Of a stretch of 64,000 bases of DNA, positions 55,414-64,000 are shown piece by piece; position 1 is the first letter of the stretch, and the number at the start of each line of letters is the position of its first letter. The notes under the pieces were generated by a model. The model saw only the letters and a program-made list of their open reading frames with translations. It was not told the origin of the DNA and ran no database searches. Source of the DNA: an uncultured Mucilaginibacter sp. (lineage in GTDB: Bacteria > Bacteroidota > Bacteroidia > Sphingobacteriales > Sphingobacteriaceae); the NCBI RefSeq assembly GCF_937859865.1, contig NZ_CALMAT010000092.1:46198-110197 (forward strand), given 5' to 3'. The position numbers were made by a program, and so were the translations under genes.

Positions 55414-57837
55414 ATGCAGGAAGCCCTCGGCCCAATTTTACAAAAACCGAACGACCGTATCAATTATAACCGGCTGTTCCGTGTTGTTTTAAGCCGATGG
55501 TATTTGGTTGTTTTTGCCGTTTTGCTTTGTTTTGCCCTGGCGCGCTTGTATTTATGGTACACACCGAAGCAATACGCCACGAGCGCGGTGATGAAATTTG
55601 ATGAAAAAAAATCGGAAATTTCTGAATTGGTTAGCGTGATGAACAATGCCGACCGCGCCGCTGCCAAAGTACAAAGCGAAAGTTACGTTATCAAAAGCCG
55701 CGGTTTGATTATTAATGCGGTTAAAGATTTAGATTATAAGGTGAGTTTTTTTATTGCCGGCCGCATCCGCAAGTACGAAACTTATCCCAACAAACCTTTG
55801 GCGGTAGAGATTTTGCAGGAAGACAGCGCCTCGCTTTATAAAGATTTGATCACTTTTCAGGCCATCAACCCAAACAGATTTTTGCTCACTTACAATACTG
55901 AAAATCATGCGGTAAAAACAGTATGTGCTTATAACCAGCCAATCAGCATTGGTAAAACAAGCTTTGTCATCCATCCAAACAACACGCGTTTTGCGGTAAA
56001 TTCGGCTTATCAGTTTAAATTTAATTCGCCCGAAGATTTTTACCCACGCGTTTCTGCCGGTTTAAATGTGAACGAGATCATCAAAAATTCCAACGTAGTT
56101 AGTTTGGAAGAAACCGATCCGAACCCGCAATTTGCCGCCGATATTTTAAATGCTTTGATGAAAGAGTATTTGGATTTTGACAAGAACCGCAAAATGCAAT
56201 CGGCTTCGCAGATCATTAGTTTTATTGACAACCAGTTGGATTACCTTTCCAAACAGGTAAAATCATCCGAAAAATCTTTAGAAAGCTATAAAAAGAGCGC
56301 TAAAGTTTTTGATGTAAGTTCCTCGGCCACAACAATGTTAAGCAAAGTGCAGGAAGTGGAATCACAAAAATCATTGCTCAACATCCAACTGATTGCGATT
56401 GACCAATTGAAGCAGCAAATCAGCAACGAAAAAAATGCGGTCAACTTAAATTTTAACATGCAGGGAACGGTTGACCCGTTGCTGAATGGTTTGCTGCTGC
56501 GCTACAATACTTTACTGACCGAAAAATCAGCTTTGCTAAAAACGTACATCAACAATTCTGAGCCGGTAAACGAAGTAAACCTTCAGTTGGCACAAGTTCG
56601 CAATTCGGCTTTGGCCAATATTGATGCTTCTGTAAAACGCATCGGTTCAACTTTAAATTATTTAAACAACCAGTTGCAAATGGCCAACCAGCAAGTTGCC
56701 GCTTTGCCAACTGCCGAGCGCGACATGGTGAGTTTGAAACGCGATTTCGAGATCAACGAAAAAGTGTATTCCTTTTTGTCGGAAAAGAAGTTGGAAGCGC
56801 AAATCAGCCGTTCTTCAATTTTGGCCGGCGCAACGGTGATCGAACCGGCACAAGCGAACTTTAACCCGGTTTCGCCCGATGCAAGCAGCATCAACCAAAA
56901 AGCAATTTTGCTGGGCTTACTTTTGGGTTTAGGTTTGATTTTGTTGCTGCGGATATTGAACCCGTACATTTATGACAAAGAAACAATTGAAAGCCTGACC
57001 AACGTGCCGGTGATCGGCATGATCCGGAAGTTTCCGTACAAGCTGGACGAGAACAATACACAGATATTATCGCTGGCAAAACCGAAATCTGTTTTTGCCG
57101 AATCGGTTCGTTCCGTTCGTACCAATTTGAGTTTTATGGCTTCCGATAAAGCAAGCAAAGTAATTTGCATTACTTCGGAAGTTGCGGGCGAAGGCAAATC
57201 TTTTATCGCCGTAAATTTGTCAAGCACGTTGGCTTTGATCAACAAAAAAGTAATTTTGATTGCAGCCGATTTACGCCGCTCTAAACTGCATTATGTTTTT
57301 GACCAGGAAAACCACATTGGCTTGAGCAATTACCTGTCCGACCAGGTTAAGCAACAGCAAATCATTTTTAAAACCGCTTACGAAAATATTGACTTTATCC
57401 CTTCCGGCCCTGTCCCGCCAAACCCATCCGAACTATTGCACCACCCGAATATGAACTTGTTGATCGAGAATTTGAAAGTTCATTACGATGTAATTATGAT
57501 TGATACCGCGCCGGTTGGTTTGGTTTCGGATTCGATCCCGGTTATCCGCGGCAGCGACATTAATATTTTTGTGATCCGTGCCGGGAAATCTTCTTTTCAT
57601 GCGGCCGAAATCCCGCAGCAACTGACCGGAAAATATGGATTGAACAACACAGTCATCTTGCTAAATGCTTATTCCGAAGAAAACTTTCATTCCAGGATTT
57701 ACACTTCGGGCAGCAAAAACCAGCAGGGCGGCTATTACTACAACGATTATAATGGTTATGCAAGTTCAGGTTATTACACTGATGACGCGTCGCCCGGCTG
57801 GTGGAAATTGAACCGCTGGATTAAAAAGATCGTTTAA
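55414..57837 (+). CDS. polysaccharide biosynthesis tyrosine autokinase / chain-length determinant (Wzc-like)
   Basis: Wzz domain, P-loop ITSEVAGEGKSFIAVNLS and a Tyr-rich tail GGYYYNDYNGYASSGYY. The ATG abuts the wza stop. Confidence 0.9.
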   Translation: MQEALGPILQKPNDRINYNRLFRVVLSRWYLVVFAVLLCFALARLYLWYTPKQYATSAVMKFDEKKSEISELVSVMNNADRAAAKVQSESYVIKSRGLIINAVKDLDYKVSFFIAGRIRKYETYPNKPLAVEILQEDSASLYKDLITFQAINPNRFLLTYNTENHAVKTVCAYNQPISIGKTSFVIHPNNTRFAVNSAYQFKFNSPEDFYPRVSAGLNVNEIIKNSNVVSLEETDPNPQFAADILNALMKEYLDFDKNRKMQSASQIISFIDNQLDYLSKQVKSSEKSLESYKKSAKVFDVSSSATTMLSKVQEVESQKSLLNIQLIAIDQLKQQISNEKNAVNLNFNMQGTVDPLLNGLLLRYNTLLTEKSALLKTYINNSEPVNEVNLQLAQVRNSALANIDASVKRIGSTLNYLNNQLQMANQQVAALPTAERDMVSLKRDFEINEKVYSFLSEKKLEAQISRSSILAGATVIEPAQANFNPVSPDASSINQKAILLGLLLGLGLILLLRILNPYIYDKETIESLTNVPVIGMIRKFPYKLDENNTQILSLAKPKSVFAESVRSVRTNLSFMASDKASKVICITSEVAGEGKSFIAVNLSSTLALINKKVILIAADLRRSKLHYVFDQENHIGLSNYLSDQVKQQQIIFKTAYENIDFIPSGPVPPNPSELLHHPNMNLLIENLKVHYDVIMIDTAPVGLVSDSIPVIRGSDINIFVIRAGKSSFHAAEIPQQLTGKYGLNNTVILLNAYSEENFHSRIYTSGSKNQQGGYYYNDYNGYASSGYYTDDASPGWWKLNRWIKKIV
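55901..55925 (+). repeat. DRM (ACAG variant) inside the wzc-like CDS
   Basis: aaaatcatgcggtaaaaacagtatg encodes ENHAVKTVC. Confidence 0.65.
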
Positions 57838-57840
57838 TAC

Positions 57841-57867
57841 TAAAAATACTATGCTAAAAGAAGCATC
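57841..57867 (+). repeat. DRM covering the UpxY start codon and first five codons
   Basis: taaaaatactATGctaaaagaagcatc encodes MLKEAS. Confidence 0.7.
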
Positions 57868-58357
57868 GCCAAAATGGTACCCGGTTTATACACATTCGAG
57901 AGCCGAAAAACAGGCTTACGAGTTGCTCCTGCAAAAAGGGGTCGAAGCTTATTTGCCCTTGCAAAAAACGCTGAAACAATGGAGCGACCGCAAAAAATGG
58001 GTAAGCGAACCGCTGTTTAAATCGTACTTGTTTGTGCGCATTTTTCAAAAACAGCAAACCGAGGTTTTGATGACGAAAGGCATTGCGCGTTTCTTGTACC
58101 AATCGGGGAAGATTGCCAATATGCCCGACCAGCAGATCAACGAAATACAAATGCTTTTGTCAACAGAAATGGATTTGGAGGTTACATCCGACCATATTTC
58201 GCCGGGAGAAAAAGTAGTGATCAAAGCCGGTCCGCTGATTGGTTTGACAGGCGAAATGGTAAGTTACAAATCGCAAAAACAGTTAATTATCCGCTTAGAA
58301 AACTTAGGGCAATCCATTTTGGTAAATGCCCACGCTGCTTTGGTAGATAAACTGTAA
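57851..58357 (+). CDS. UpxY-family (NusG-like) transcription antiterminator
   Basis: WYPVYTHSRAEKQAYELL NGN motif and a C-terminal KOW-like GEKVVIKAGPLIGLTGEMV. Confidence 0.8.
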   Translation: MLKEASPKWYPVYTHSRAEKQAYELLLQKGVEAYLPLQKTLKQWSDRKKWVSEPLFKSYLFVRIFQKQQTEVLMTKGIARFLYQSGKIANMPDQQINEIQMLLSTEMDLEVTSDHISPGEKVVIKAGPLIGLTGEMVSYKSQKQLIIRLENLGQSILVNAHAALVDKL

Positions 58358-58447
58358 GCGGTAAAAACAATTTAAAATCAAGCAGTTGCAAAACAAAAAT
58401 GTAACTGACGCGGCGAAGCTGTATCAAAACGGCAAAGCCAAAAAATT

Positions 58448-60229
58448 ATGTGCCGGATAGCTGGTTTAGTTTCTTTAAATATTCATGCCGACGAAAAACG
58501 CAACTTAATTAGCCGGATGTGTTTGGCCATGCAACACGGCGGGCCAGATGGCAAAGGCTTATTTTTAGGTGGTAAAAACAGCATTTGCTTTGGGCACCGA
58601 AGGCTGGCTTTGATTGACCTTTCTGCCGATGCCAACCAGCCGATGACAGATGCAACTGAAAATTATACCATCACTTTTAACGGTGAAATTTATAATTACC
58701 GGGAGCTAAAAATTGAACTGCAAAGTCTGGGTTATCAATTTAAAACACAATCGGACACCGAAGTTATTTTGGCTGCTTATGAAGTTTGGGGCACAAATGC
58801 TTTTCATCGTTTTAACGGCATGTTTGCCTTTGCTTTATTTGATAAACGTTTAAACAAGGTTTTTTTAGTGCGCGACCAAAGCGGTATGAAACCTTTGTAT
58901 TATCAAATTAAAAACAAGGAGCTGCTTTTTGCTTCGGAGATCCGTGCTTTTCGTGCTATTGATATTACCCAAAATCATCCGGATTGGAAAATTTGGCTTT
59001 TAGCTTTTGGCTTTGTCCCGGAACCGATGACGATTTTAAATGATGTATTGATGTTGCCAAAAGGCAGTTTGCTGGAATGGGACATTGTGGCAGAAACTTG
59101 TAAAATCCGCACTTATCTTCAACCCAAAACTTCGCCTTTAATTACAAATTTAGAAGAAGCCAAACAGTTGATCCGACAAAAGTTTCAAGAATCCGTAAAC
59201 CGACATTTAATTGCAGATGCACCCATTGGCGTGTTTTTAAGCGGCGGAATTGATTCGGGCATAGTTGCATTGGAAGCATCCAAGTTTAAAGGTGCCGGTT
59301 TACAAACACTTTCTTTAACGTTTGATGATGCTGGTTTTGATGAATCCAAATTTCAGCAAATCATGGTGAAAAAGTTGGGCAGCAAGCATTCTTCTGAACA
59401 AATTACCGAACAAACTTTTCAAGAACAATCAACTGAGATATTAAAAGCGATGGACCAGCCATCCGCCGATGGAATTAACACTTGGCTGGTTGCCAAATTA
59501 GCAAAGGCACAAGGTTTAAAAGCCGTACTTTCTGGTTTAGGCGGCGATGAATTGTTTGGCGGCTATCCATCATTTAAAAGAATTCGGTTTTTAAAAAAGT
59601 TAAGCCAGTTGTTACCGAAATCCGCTTTAAAATTGTTTCAATATTTGCCAAATGCTAGTTATCAAAAATTAGCTTATTTATCACTTCGATGCCATCTTGG
59701 ATATTATTTGGCTTTGCGTGGTTACTTTGCACCGAAACAAATTGCAGCCATCTTAAATATACCGGTAAAAGAAGTATGGCAAAAAATTTCCCGATTTAAA
59801 CATCTAACAAATCAGGAAAAAAACACTGATCTGTTTACTGCAAATTTGGAACAGGATATTTACATGAAAAACCAGTTGCTGCGCGATGCCGATGCGATGA
59901 GCATGCAGCACGGCATCGAAATTAGGATGCCTTTTTTAGATTATGAATTTTTAATTGGTGTCAATAGCATCCATCCAAACTTACGCTTTGATAAAAAGTT
60001 GGCCAAAGGTTTATTGATCAAAAGTTACCAGGATTTATTGCCTGAAGAAATTTGGAACCGTCAAAAGATGGGCTTTTCTTTTCCGTTGCAAAAATGGCTG
60101 AAAAAATCTGCGTTAACGGATAAGCTTCAAATCAGCAAAAACAAAAGTATTGCTTCTTTTGCACAAGGTTTTTTGGTGGATAAGGTGCATTGGTCTAAAA
60201 TAATTGCTTTGCATTTTGTTGTTAAATAA
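58448..60229 (+). CDS. asparagine synthase (glutamine-hydrolysing) family amidotransferase
   Basis: MCRIAG Ntn-Cys2, GATase-II domain and SGGIDS PP-loop. Confidence 0.9.
   Translation: MCRIAGLVSLNIHADEKRNLISRMCLAMQHGGPDGKGLFLGGKNSICFGHRRLALIDLSADANQPMTDATENYTITFNGEIYNYRELKIELQSLGYQFKTQSDTEVILAAYEVWGTNAFHRFNGMFAFALFDKRLNKVFLVRDQSGMKPLYYQIKNKELLFASEIRAFRAIDITQNHPDWKIWLLAFGFVPEPMTILNDVLMLPKGSLLEWDIVAETCKIRTYLQPKTSPLITNLEEAKQLIRQKFQESVNRHLIADAPIGVFLSGGIDSGIVALEASKFKGAGLQTLSLTFDDAGFDESKFQQIMVKKLGSKHSSEQITEQTFQEQSTEILKAMDQPSADGINTWLVAKLAKAQGLKAVLSGLGGDELFGGYPSFKRIRFLKKLSQLLPKSALKLFQYLPNASYQKLAYLSLRCHLGYYLALRGYFAPKQIAAILNIPVKEVWQKISRFKHLTNQEKNTDLFTANLEQDIYMKNQLLRDADAMSMQHGIEIRMPFLDYEFLIGVNSIHPNLRFDKKLAKGLLIKSYQDLLPEEIWNRQKMGFSFPLQKWLKKSALTDKLQISKNKSIASFAQGFLVDKVHWSKIIALHFVVK
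58561..58586 (+). repeat. full-length DRM (ACAG variant) inside the AsnB-like CDS
   Basis: atttttaggtggtaaaaacagcattt encodes LFLGGKNSI. Compare the intergenic copy at 29185 (aatttttaggcgataaaagaagcatt). Confidence 0.7.
59753..59778 (+). repeat. DRM inside the AsnB-like CDS
   Basis: ttaaatataccggtaaaagaagtatg encodes LNIPVKEVW. Its 19 nt ataccggtaaaagaagtat are identical to the GNAT copy. Confidence 0.75.
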
Positions 60230-60240
60230 CTTCAAAGTAT

Positions 60241-60266
60241 CATGCTTCTTTTATCAACCTTATTTT
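60241..60266 (-). repeat. DRM, reverse
   Basis: catgcttcttttatcaaccttatttt; 12 nt after the AsnB-like stop. Confidence 0.75.
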
Positions 60267-60304
60267 ATGTTTTTATATTTAAATAGTACTATAAAAAATC
60301 CAAT

Positions 60305-61009
60305 ATGAGTATTAGTGAGTTAATTAGTAAATTAAAAAACAAGCTATCTTTATCCAAGATTGATAACGAACAGGATTATTATGAAAAGTTATTCATCCAT
60401 ACATCAGACTGGAATAAACCATTTCCAAACTTAGAAGAATGGCAACGCTGGCTAATTGTCCGAAGCTTTATAGAAGAACATATAATTGAAAATATTACTC
60501 ACCATAACCGCTTAAAATTTCAGATTTTAGATATTGGTTGCGGACGTGGATGGTTAACCAACCTTTGCTCCACTTATGGGGAAATAACCGGAATTGAACC
60601 TGTTAAAAAGGTAGTAAAATATGCAAAAACACTTTTCCCTGTATTAGATATTCGATGCCAAACAGCAGATGAACTTTTGGAACAACAATTACAGTACGAT
60701 TTAATTGTTTGTTCTGAGGTGATAGAACATATACCAGATTTACAAAAAGACAGCTTTGTAAAAAAAATCTTTCTTTTATTAAAGCCAGGCGGTTCAATTA
60801 TTTTAACAACACCACGTCAAGAAGCATTAAGCGAATGGCAACAATATACCAATCCAAATCAACCTGTAGAAGATTGGCTCTCGGAACATCAAGTACAATC
60901 GCTATTTTCCAATTATAAAGTATTAAATAAAAAACGTCTTTCTATTCCTCCTAAAACAGATATTGAACCAATACCGGTTTATCAGCTATGGCTTTTTCGC
61001 AAACCATAA
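60305..61009 (+). CDS. class I SAM-dependent methyltransferase
   Basis: ILDIGCGRGWLT motif I and VCSEVIEHI. Confidence 0.8.
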   Translation: MSISELISKLKNKLSLSKIDNEQDYYEKLFIHTSDWNKPFPNLEEWQRWLIVRSFIEEHIIENITHHNRLKFQILDIGCGRGWLTNLCSTYGEITGIEPVKKVVKYAKTLFPVLDIRCQTADELLEQQLQYDLIVCSEVIEHIPDLQKDSFVKKIFLLLKPGGSIILTTPRQEALSEWQQYTNPNQPVEDWLSEHQVQSLFSNYKVLNKKRLSIPPKTDIEPIPVYQLWLFRKP

Positions 61010-61845
61010 ATACCTCAATTATATCTGTGATTGTTCCTTGCTATAAACAGGCGCAATATTTACTTGAAGCATTAGAAAGCGTATGGAAACAAACGTACGA
61101 AAACTGGGAATGTATTATCGTTGATGATGGATCACCTGATGACACTGCTGATATTGCATTAAATTTTTGCTTACAAGATAAGCGGTTTAAATATCTTAAA
61201 AAAGAAAACGGTGGCTTATCAAGTGCAAGAAATGCAGGTATAAAAGAAGCATCAGGAGAGTTGATTTTACCTTTAGATGCAGATGATCGTATCCACAAAG
61301 ATTATTTACAACTCGCTATAAGTGCTTTTGGTAAGAATAGTACTTTAGATTTAGTTTACTGCAAAGCTGATTTCTTTGGTGAAAAAACTGGAAAGTGGAA
61401 TTTAGGGCCTTATACTTATGAAAGACTCCTTACCCACAATTCGATATTTTGTAGTGCTATTTTTAAAAAGGAAAATTTTATCAAAGCAAAAGGATATAAT
61501 GAATCACTAAAAAATGGTTGGGAAGATTGGGATCTATGGTTACGAATGTTAAATCCTAATTCCCATGTATTACAACTTTCGGAAATTCTTTTCTTTTATA
61601 GAATTAAAGAGCAATCCATGGTTAAGCGATTAATAAATGGGCAATATCAACAAACAAAATGGGATGTTTTCCTATCCAGTTCCAGCGTATACCGAAACCA
61701 TTTACCACCTCCGATGGATTTGTATTCAGAAGTAAAACTACTCCGCGACAACATCCTATTTTATCAGCAATCTAAAGAATACCGTTTAGGTAGACTATTG
61801 TTTAAACCGTTTCGTCTTTTAAAAAAAATATTTTGGAAACATTAG
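60988..61845 (+). CDS. glycosyltransferase family 2
   Basis: ISVIVPCYKQAQYLLEALESVWKQTYENWECIIVDDGSPDDT and DADD motifs. Confidence 0.85.
   Translation: MAFSQTINTSIISVIVPCYKQAQYLLEALESVWKQTYENWECIIVDDGSPDDTADIALNFCLQDKRFKYLKKENGGLSSARNAGIKEASGELILPLDADDRIHKDYLQLAISAFGKNSTLDLVYCKADFFGEKTGKWNLGPYTYERLLTHNSIFCSAIFKKENFIKAKGYNESLKNGWEDWDLWLRMLNPNSHVLQLSEILFFYRIKEQSMVKRLINGQYQQTKWDVFLSSSSVYRNHLPPPMDLYSEVKLLRDNILFYQQSKEYRLGRLLFKPFRLLKKIFWKH
61231..61253 (+). repeat. DRM core inside a GT2 CDS
   Basis: aatgcaggtataaaagaagcatc encodes NAGIKEAS. Confidence 0.55.
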
Positions 61846-62762
61846 TTTCCATTATTGTCCCCAATTATAACCATTGTTCCTTTTTAAAAGATAGGCTAGA
61901 GTCTATATTAAACCAAACTTATACTAATTTTGAAATTATTATCCTGGATGATGCTTCAACAGACTGTAGTAATGGCTTAATTAGAGCATACCAAACACAT
62001 GTACAAGTTAAGCACGTAGTTTTTAATGAAAAAAATAGTGGAAGCCCATTTTTGCAATGGAAAAAAGGGCTTGAACTTGCAAACGGAAAATATATTTGGA
62101 TTGCAGAAAGCGATGATATTGCCCGGCTTAATTTCTTGGAAACTTTGATCCCTATTTTACAATCAAATCCTCAATTAGTACTTGCTTATACTGATTCTGA
62201 ACGTGAAGAATCTGAATGGAGGAAAATTACGAAGTTTACTCAGCAAAAAATCGAGGTGTTTGAAGGTGAAACATTTGTAAGGCAAAAAATGACAAGCAGT
62301 CCGGCAATCGTTAATGCCAGCGCGGTTGTTTTTAAAAGGGAAACATTACAAGAAGAAATTCTTTCGCAAGCCAATAACTATAAAACTGCCTATGATTGGC
62401 TTTTGTGGTGCAGTATCATATTAAAAGGGAAAGTTGCCTTTTATCCTTTAAAATTGAACTTTTTTAGAAAACATATTAACAGCACTTCTTTAACCTCAAC
62501 GCAGCAAGGGCTTTTTGTAATAGAAGGGCTAAAGGTATTGTCATATTTAAAAAACAATTTCGATATTAACTTAACTTTTTTACAAAAAAAAGGATGGGCA
62601 TCTGTATGGGCACAAACATCATTGCTAACTAATAAAACAAAAAATATATTTTTTAAAAGTTACAGGCATGCGTGGAATATTTCGCCAATCCTTTTTTTCT
62701 ATTTTGCCTACTATTGGCTTAAATACAAGTTTTTTTCTGCCATTAATATTAACCTATACTAG
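61833..62762 (+). CDS. glycosyltransferase family 2
   Basis: VSIIVPNYNHCSFLKDRLESILNQTYTNFEIIILDDASTDCS and ESDD. TTG start at 61833 with no upstream ATG. Confidence 0.8.
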   Translation: METLVSIIVPNYNHCSFLKDRLESILNQTYTNFEIIILDDASTDCSNGLIRAYQTHVQVKHVVFNEKNSGSPFLQWKKGLELANGKYIWIAESDDIARLNFLETLIPILQSNPQLVLAYTDSEREESEWRKITKFTQQKIEVFEGETFVRQKMTSSPAIVNASAVVFKRETLQEEILSQANNYKTAYDWLLWCSIILKGKVAFYPLKLNFFRKHINSTSLTSTQQGLFVIEGLKVLSYLKNNFDINLTFLQKKGWASVWAQTSLLTNKTKNIFFKSYRHAWNISPILFFYFAYYWLKYKFFSAININLY

Positions 62763-62779
62763 TTTAACCAAACAGCAGC

Positions 62780-63673
62780 GTGGCAACAATTTACACAATC
62801 GCAAAAGGTAATTACAAATATGGTGCCTTCGCACTTATTAATTCGTTGCGTGCCTGTGGTATCAACAATTTGGTTATTGTTGGCACTAACGTACATTTAG
62901 CAGAGTTGGAAGGCTTAAAAAATGTAAAACAAGTAATTATAAATTCTACTTGGAACGGAACAAACCTGAAACCTGTTTTGCTGTTATCACAACCATCAGA
63001 GTATTTTATTTATTTTGATGCAGATGTTATCATTTACGATGGCGAATTTATCCGTGAAGTTGAAAAGCGGATTAAGCAAAATAAATTTTTTGGTTGTATT
63101 GATGGGATAGTTGCAGAGCATGAAGTGCGAAGACATTATTGGCAAGAAATTTATCCCTCTAAAAACAGTATTTCAAAACCTACATATTGGTATTATAACG
63201 CCGGCTTTTTTGCCGGATGTATGTCATGTCATAGTTGGATATTAAAAGACTGGAACCAACTCAACTTAGAACATTTAGATTTAGAAGGGTACTTGTTTAG
63301 TAACCCAAAACTACCATTGAGCGACCAGGATACTTTAAATGCAATCTTACAATTTTTGCCAACTGAACAAATGTGTGTTATCGAACTGCCAGATTGGTTT
63401 GGTACCGGTACACAAACAAACCCTTTTTTTCATATCGGCAACTTTCGCCCACAGGCTTTTTTGCATTGTACTGGCCACGAAAAACCTTGGAAATTAGACA
63501 AAGCGCCAGCACGCGCACCAAACACTTATGATGATTTGTGGTATCAATACATCATTAAATCGCCTACTCCGGTTTTCTGTTCTTACCAGCTCTCTTATTT
63601 ACACAAACAATGGTTCAAAAGAAGCATTTTAAGCCGTTTGGTAATCAAACTAAAATCAATCCTTAAAAGATAA
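62780..63673 (+). CDS. putative glycosyltransferase (GT8-like nucleotide-diphospho-sugar transferase fold)
   Basis: YFDADVII DxD-like and YYNAGFFAG motifs. GTG start. Confidence 0.5.
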   Translation: MATIYTIAKGNYKYGAFALINSLRACGINNLVIVGTNVHLAELEGLKNVKQVIINSTWNGTNLKPVLLLSQPSEYFIYFDADVIIYDGEFIREVEKRIKQNKFFGCIDGIVAEHEVRRHYWQEIYPSKNSISKPTYWYYNAGFFAGCMSCHSWILKDWNQLNLEHLDLEGYLFSNPKLPLSDQDTLNAILQFLPTEQMCVIELPDWFGTGTQTNPFFHIGNFRPQAFLHCTGHEKPWKLDKAPARAPNTYDDLWYQYIIKSPTPVFCSYQLSYLHKQWFKRSILSRLVIKLKSILKR

Positions 63674-63674
63674 T

Positions 63675-64000
63675 TTGCATATTTCCATCATCATTCCTGC
63701 ATTTAATGCCGCAAAAACAATTGCCGCAACCTTGAAATCGGCATTGGCACAACAATCCGGTTTATTTAAGATTGAAATAATCGTGGTAAATGATGGCTCT
63801 ACCGATGGAACTGCAACTATCCTAAATAAATACAAAGATGCTTGCCGTATTATCACCCAAGTAAATGCGGGTGCAAGTGCGGCAAGGCAAAAAGGTTTCG
63901 AAAACTCAGCCGGACAATACATCCAATATTTAGACAGCGATGATTTGTTGTTGCCTGGAAAAATCCAGCAACAGGCAGAAGCTATGATGGCACAAGATGC
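63675..64000 (+). CDS. glycosyltransferase family 2, N-terminal part (runs off the right edge)
   Basis: My translation from the TTG at 63675 gives LHISIIIPAFNAAKTIAATLKSAL...IEIIVVNDGSTDGT...YLDSDD. It is absent from the ORF track because it is open-ended. The listed minus-strand ORF 63656-63922 is its antisense shadow. Confidence 0.7.
   Translation, partial: MHISIIIPAFNAAKTIAATLKSALAQQSGLFKIEIIVVNDGSTDGTATILNKYKDACRIITQVNAGASAARQKGFENSAGQYIQYLDSDDLLLPGKIQQQAEAMMAQD

Noticed and set aside
283-63176. Whether the recurring motif could be a CRISPR array.
   Set aside because: Copies are spread over the whole window at irregular spacing, in both orientations and partly inside genes. There is no regular repeat-spacer periodicity and no cas gene.
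63656-63922. 88-aa minus-strand ORF at the right edge.
   Set aside because: The plus strand encodes a clear GT2 N-terminus (IIIPAFNAAKTI...VVNDGSTDGT...DSDD), so the minus ORF is its antisense shadow.
1-64000. tRNA, rRNA, integrase, transposase, prophage or conjugative genes.
   Set aside because: No cloverleaf-like or rRNA-like sequence was seen in the intergenic regions. No ORF has recombinase, transposase or phage signatures, so nothing supports calling this window a mobile island.

Overview
This window looks like a chromosomal segment of a Bacteroidota genome, probably Sphingobacteriia or Chitinophagia. Supporting signs are the absence of Shine-Dalgarno sequences, a TonB-dependent receptor, a UpxY antiterminator and FKBP lipoproteins. 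About 60 genes are supported. They include KDO and nucleotide-sugar genes (kdsA, kdsD), sucAB, and a light/oxidative-stress neighbourhood with three cryptochrome/photolyase-family genes, pirin/DoxX, catalase HPII and a TetR-TolC-MFP-RND efflux operon. Also present are ggt, pgk, gap, three or four toxin-antitoxin-like pairs, and a Wza/Wzc/UpxY/glycosyltransferase polysaccharide locus that runs off the right edge. I saw no rRNA, tRNA, CRISPR array, transposase or integrase. The main unexplained signal is not a gene. It is a ~26-nt motif, AAATTTATGCCGATAAAAGAAGCATY, with a core variant TAAAAACAGYATY. By my hand count at least 56 exact 12-mer cores are present, about one per 1.1 kb, on both strands. 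It occurs as single copies near gene starts and as inverted pairs that form long hairpins at gene ends or bracket terminators. It also sits inside a ~158-bp MITE-like element with terminal inverted repeats, and in frame inside unrelated coding sequences, where it supplies some start codons, stop codons and signal-peptide codons. Its density, pairing and coding-region occupancy resemble DNA-uptake signal sequences more than classical REP elements, but its function cannot be determined from sequence alone.
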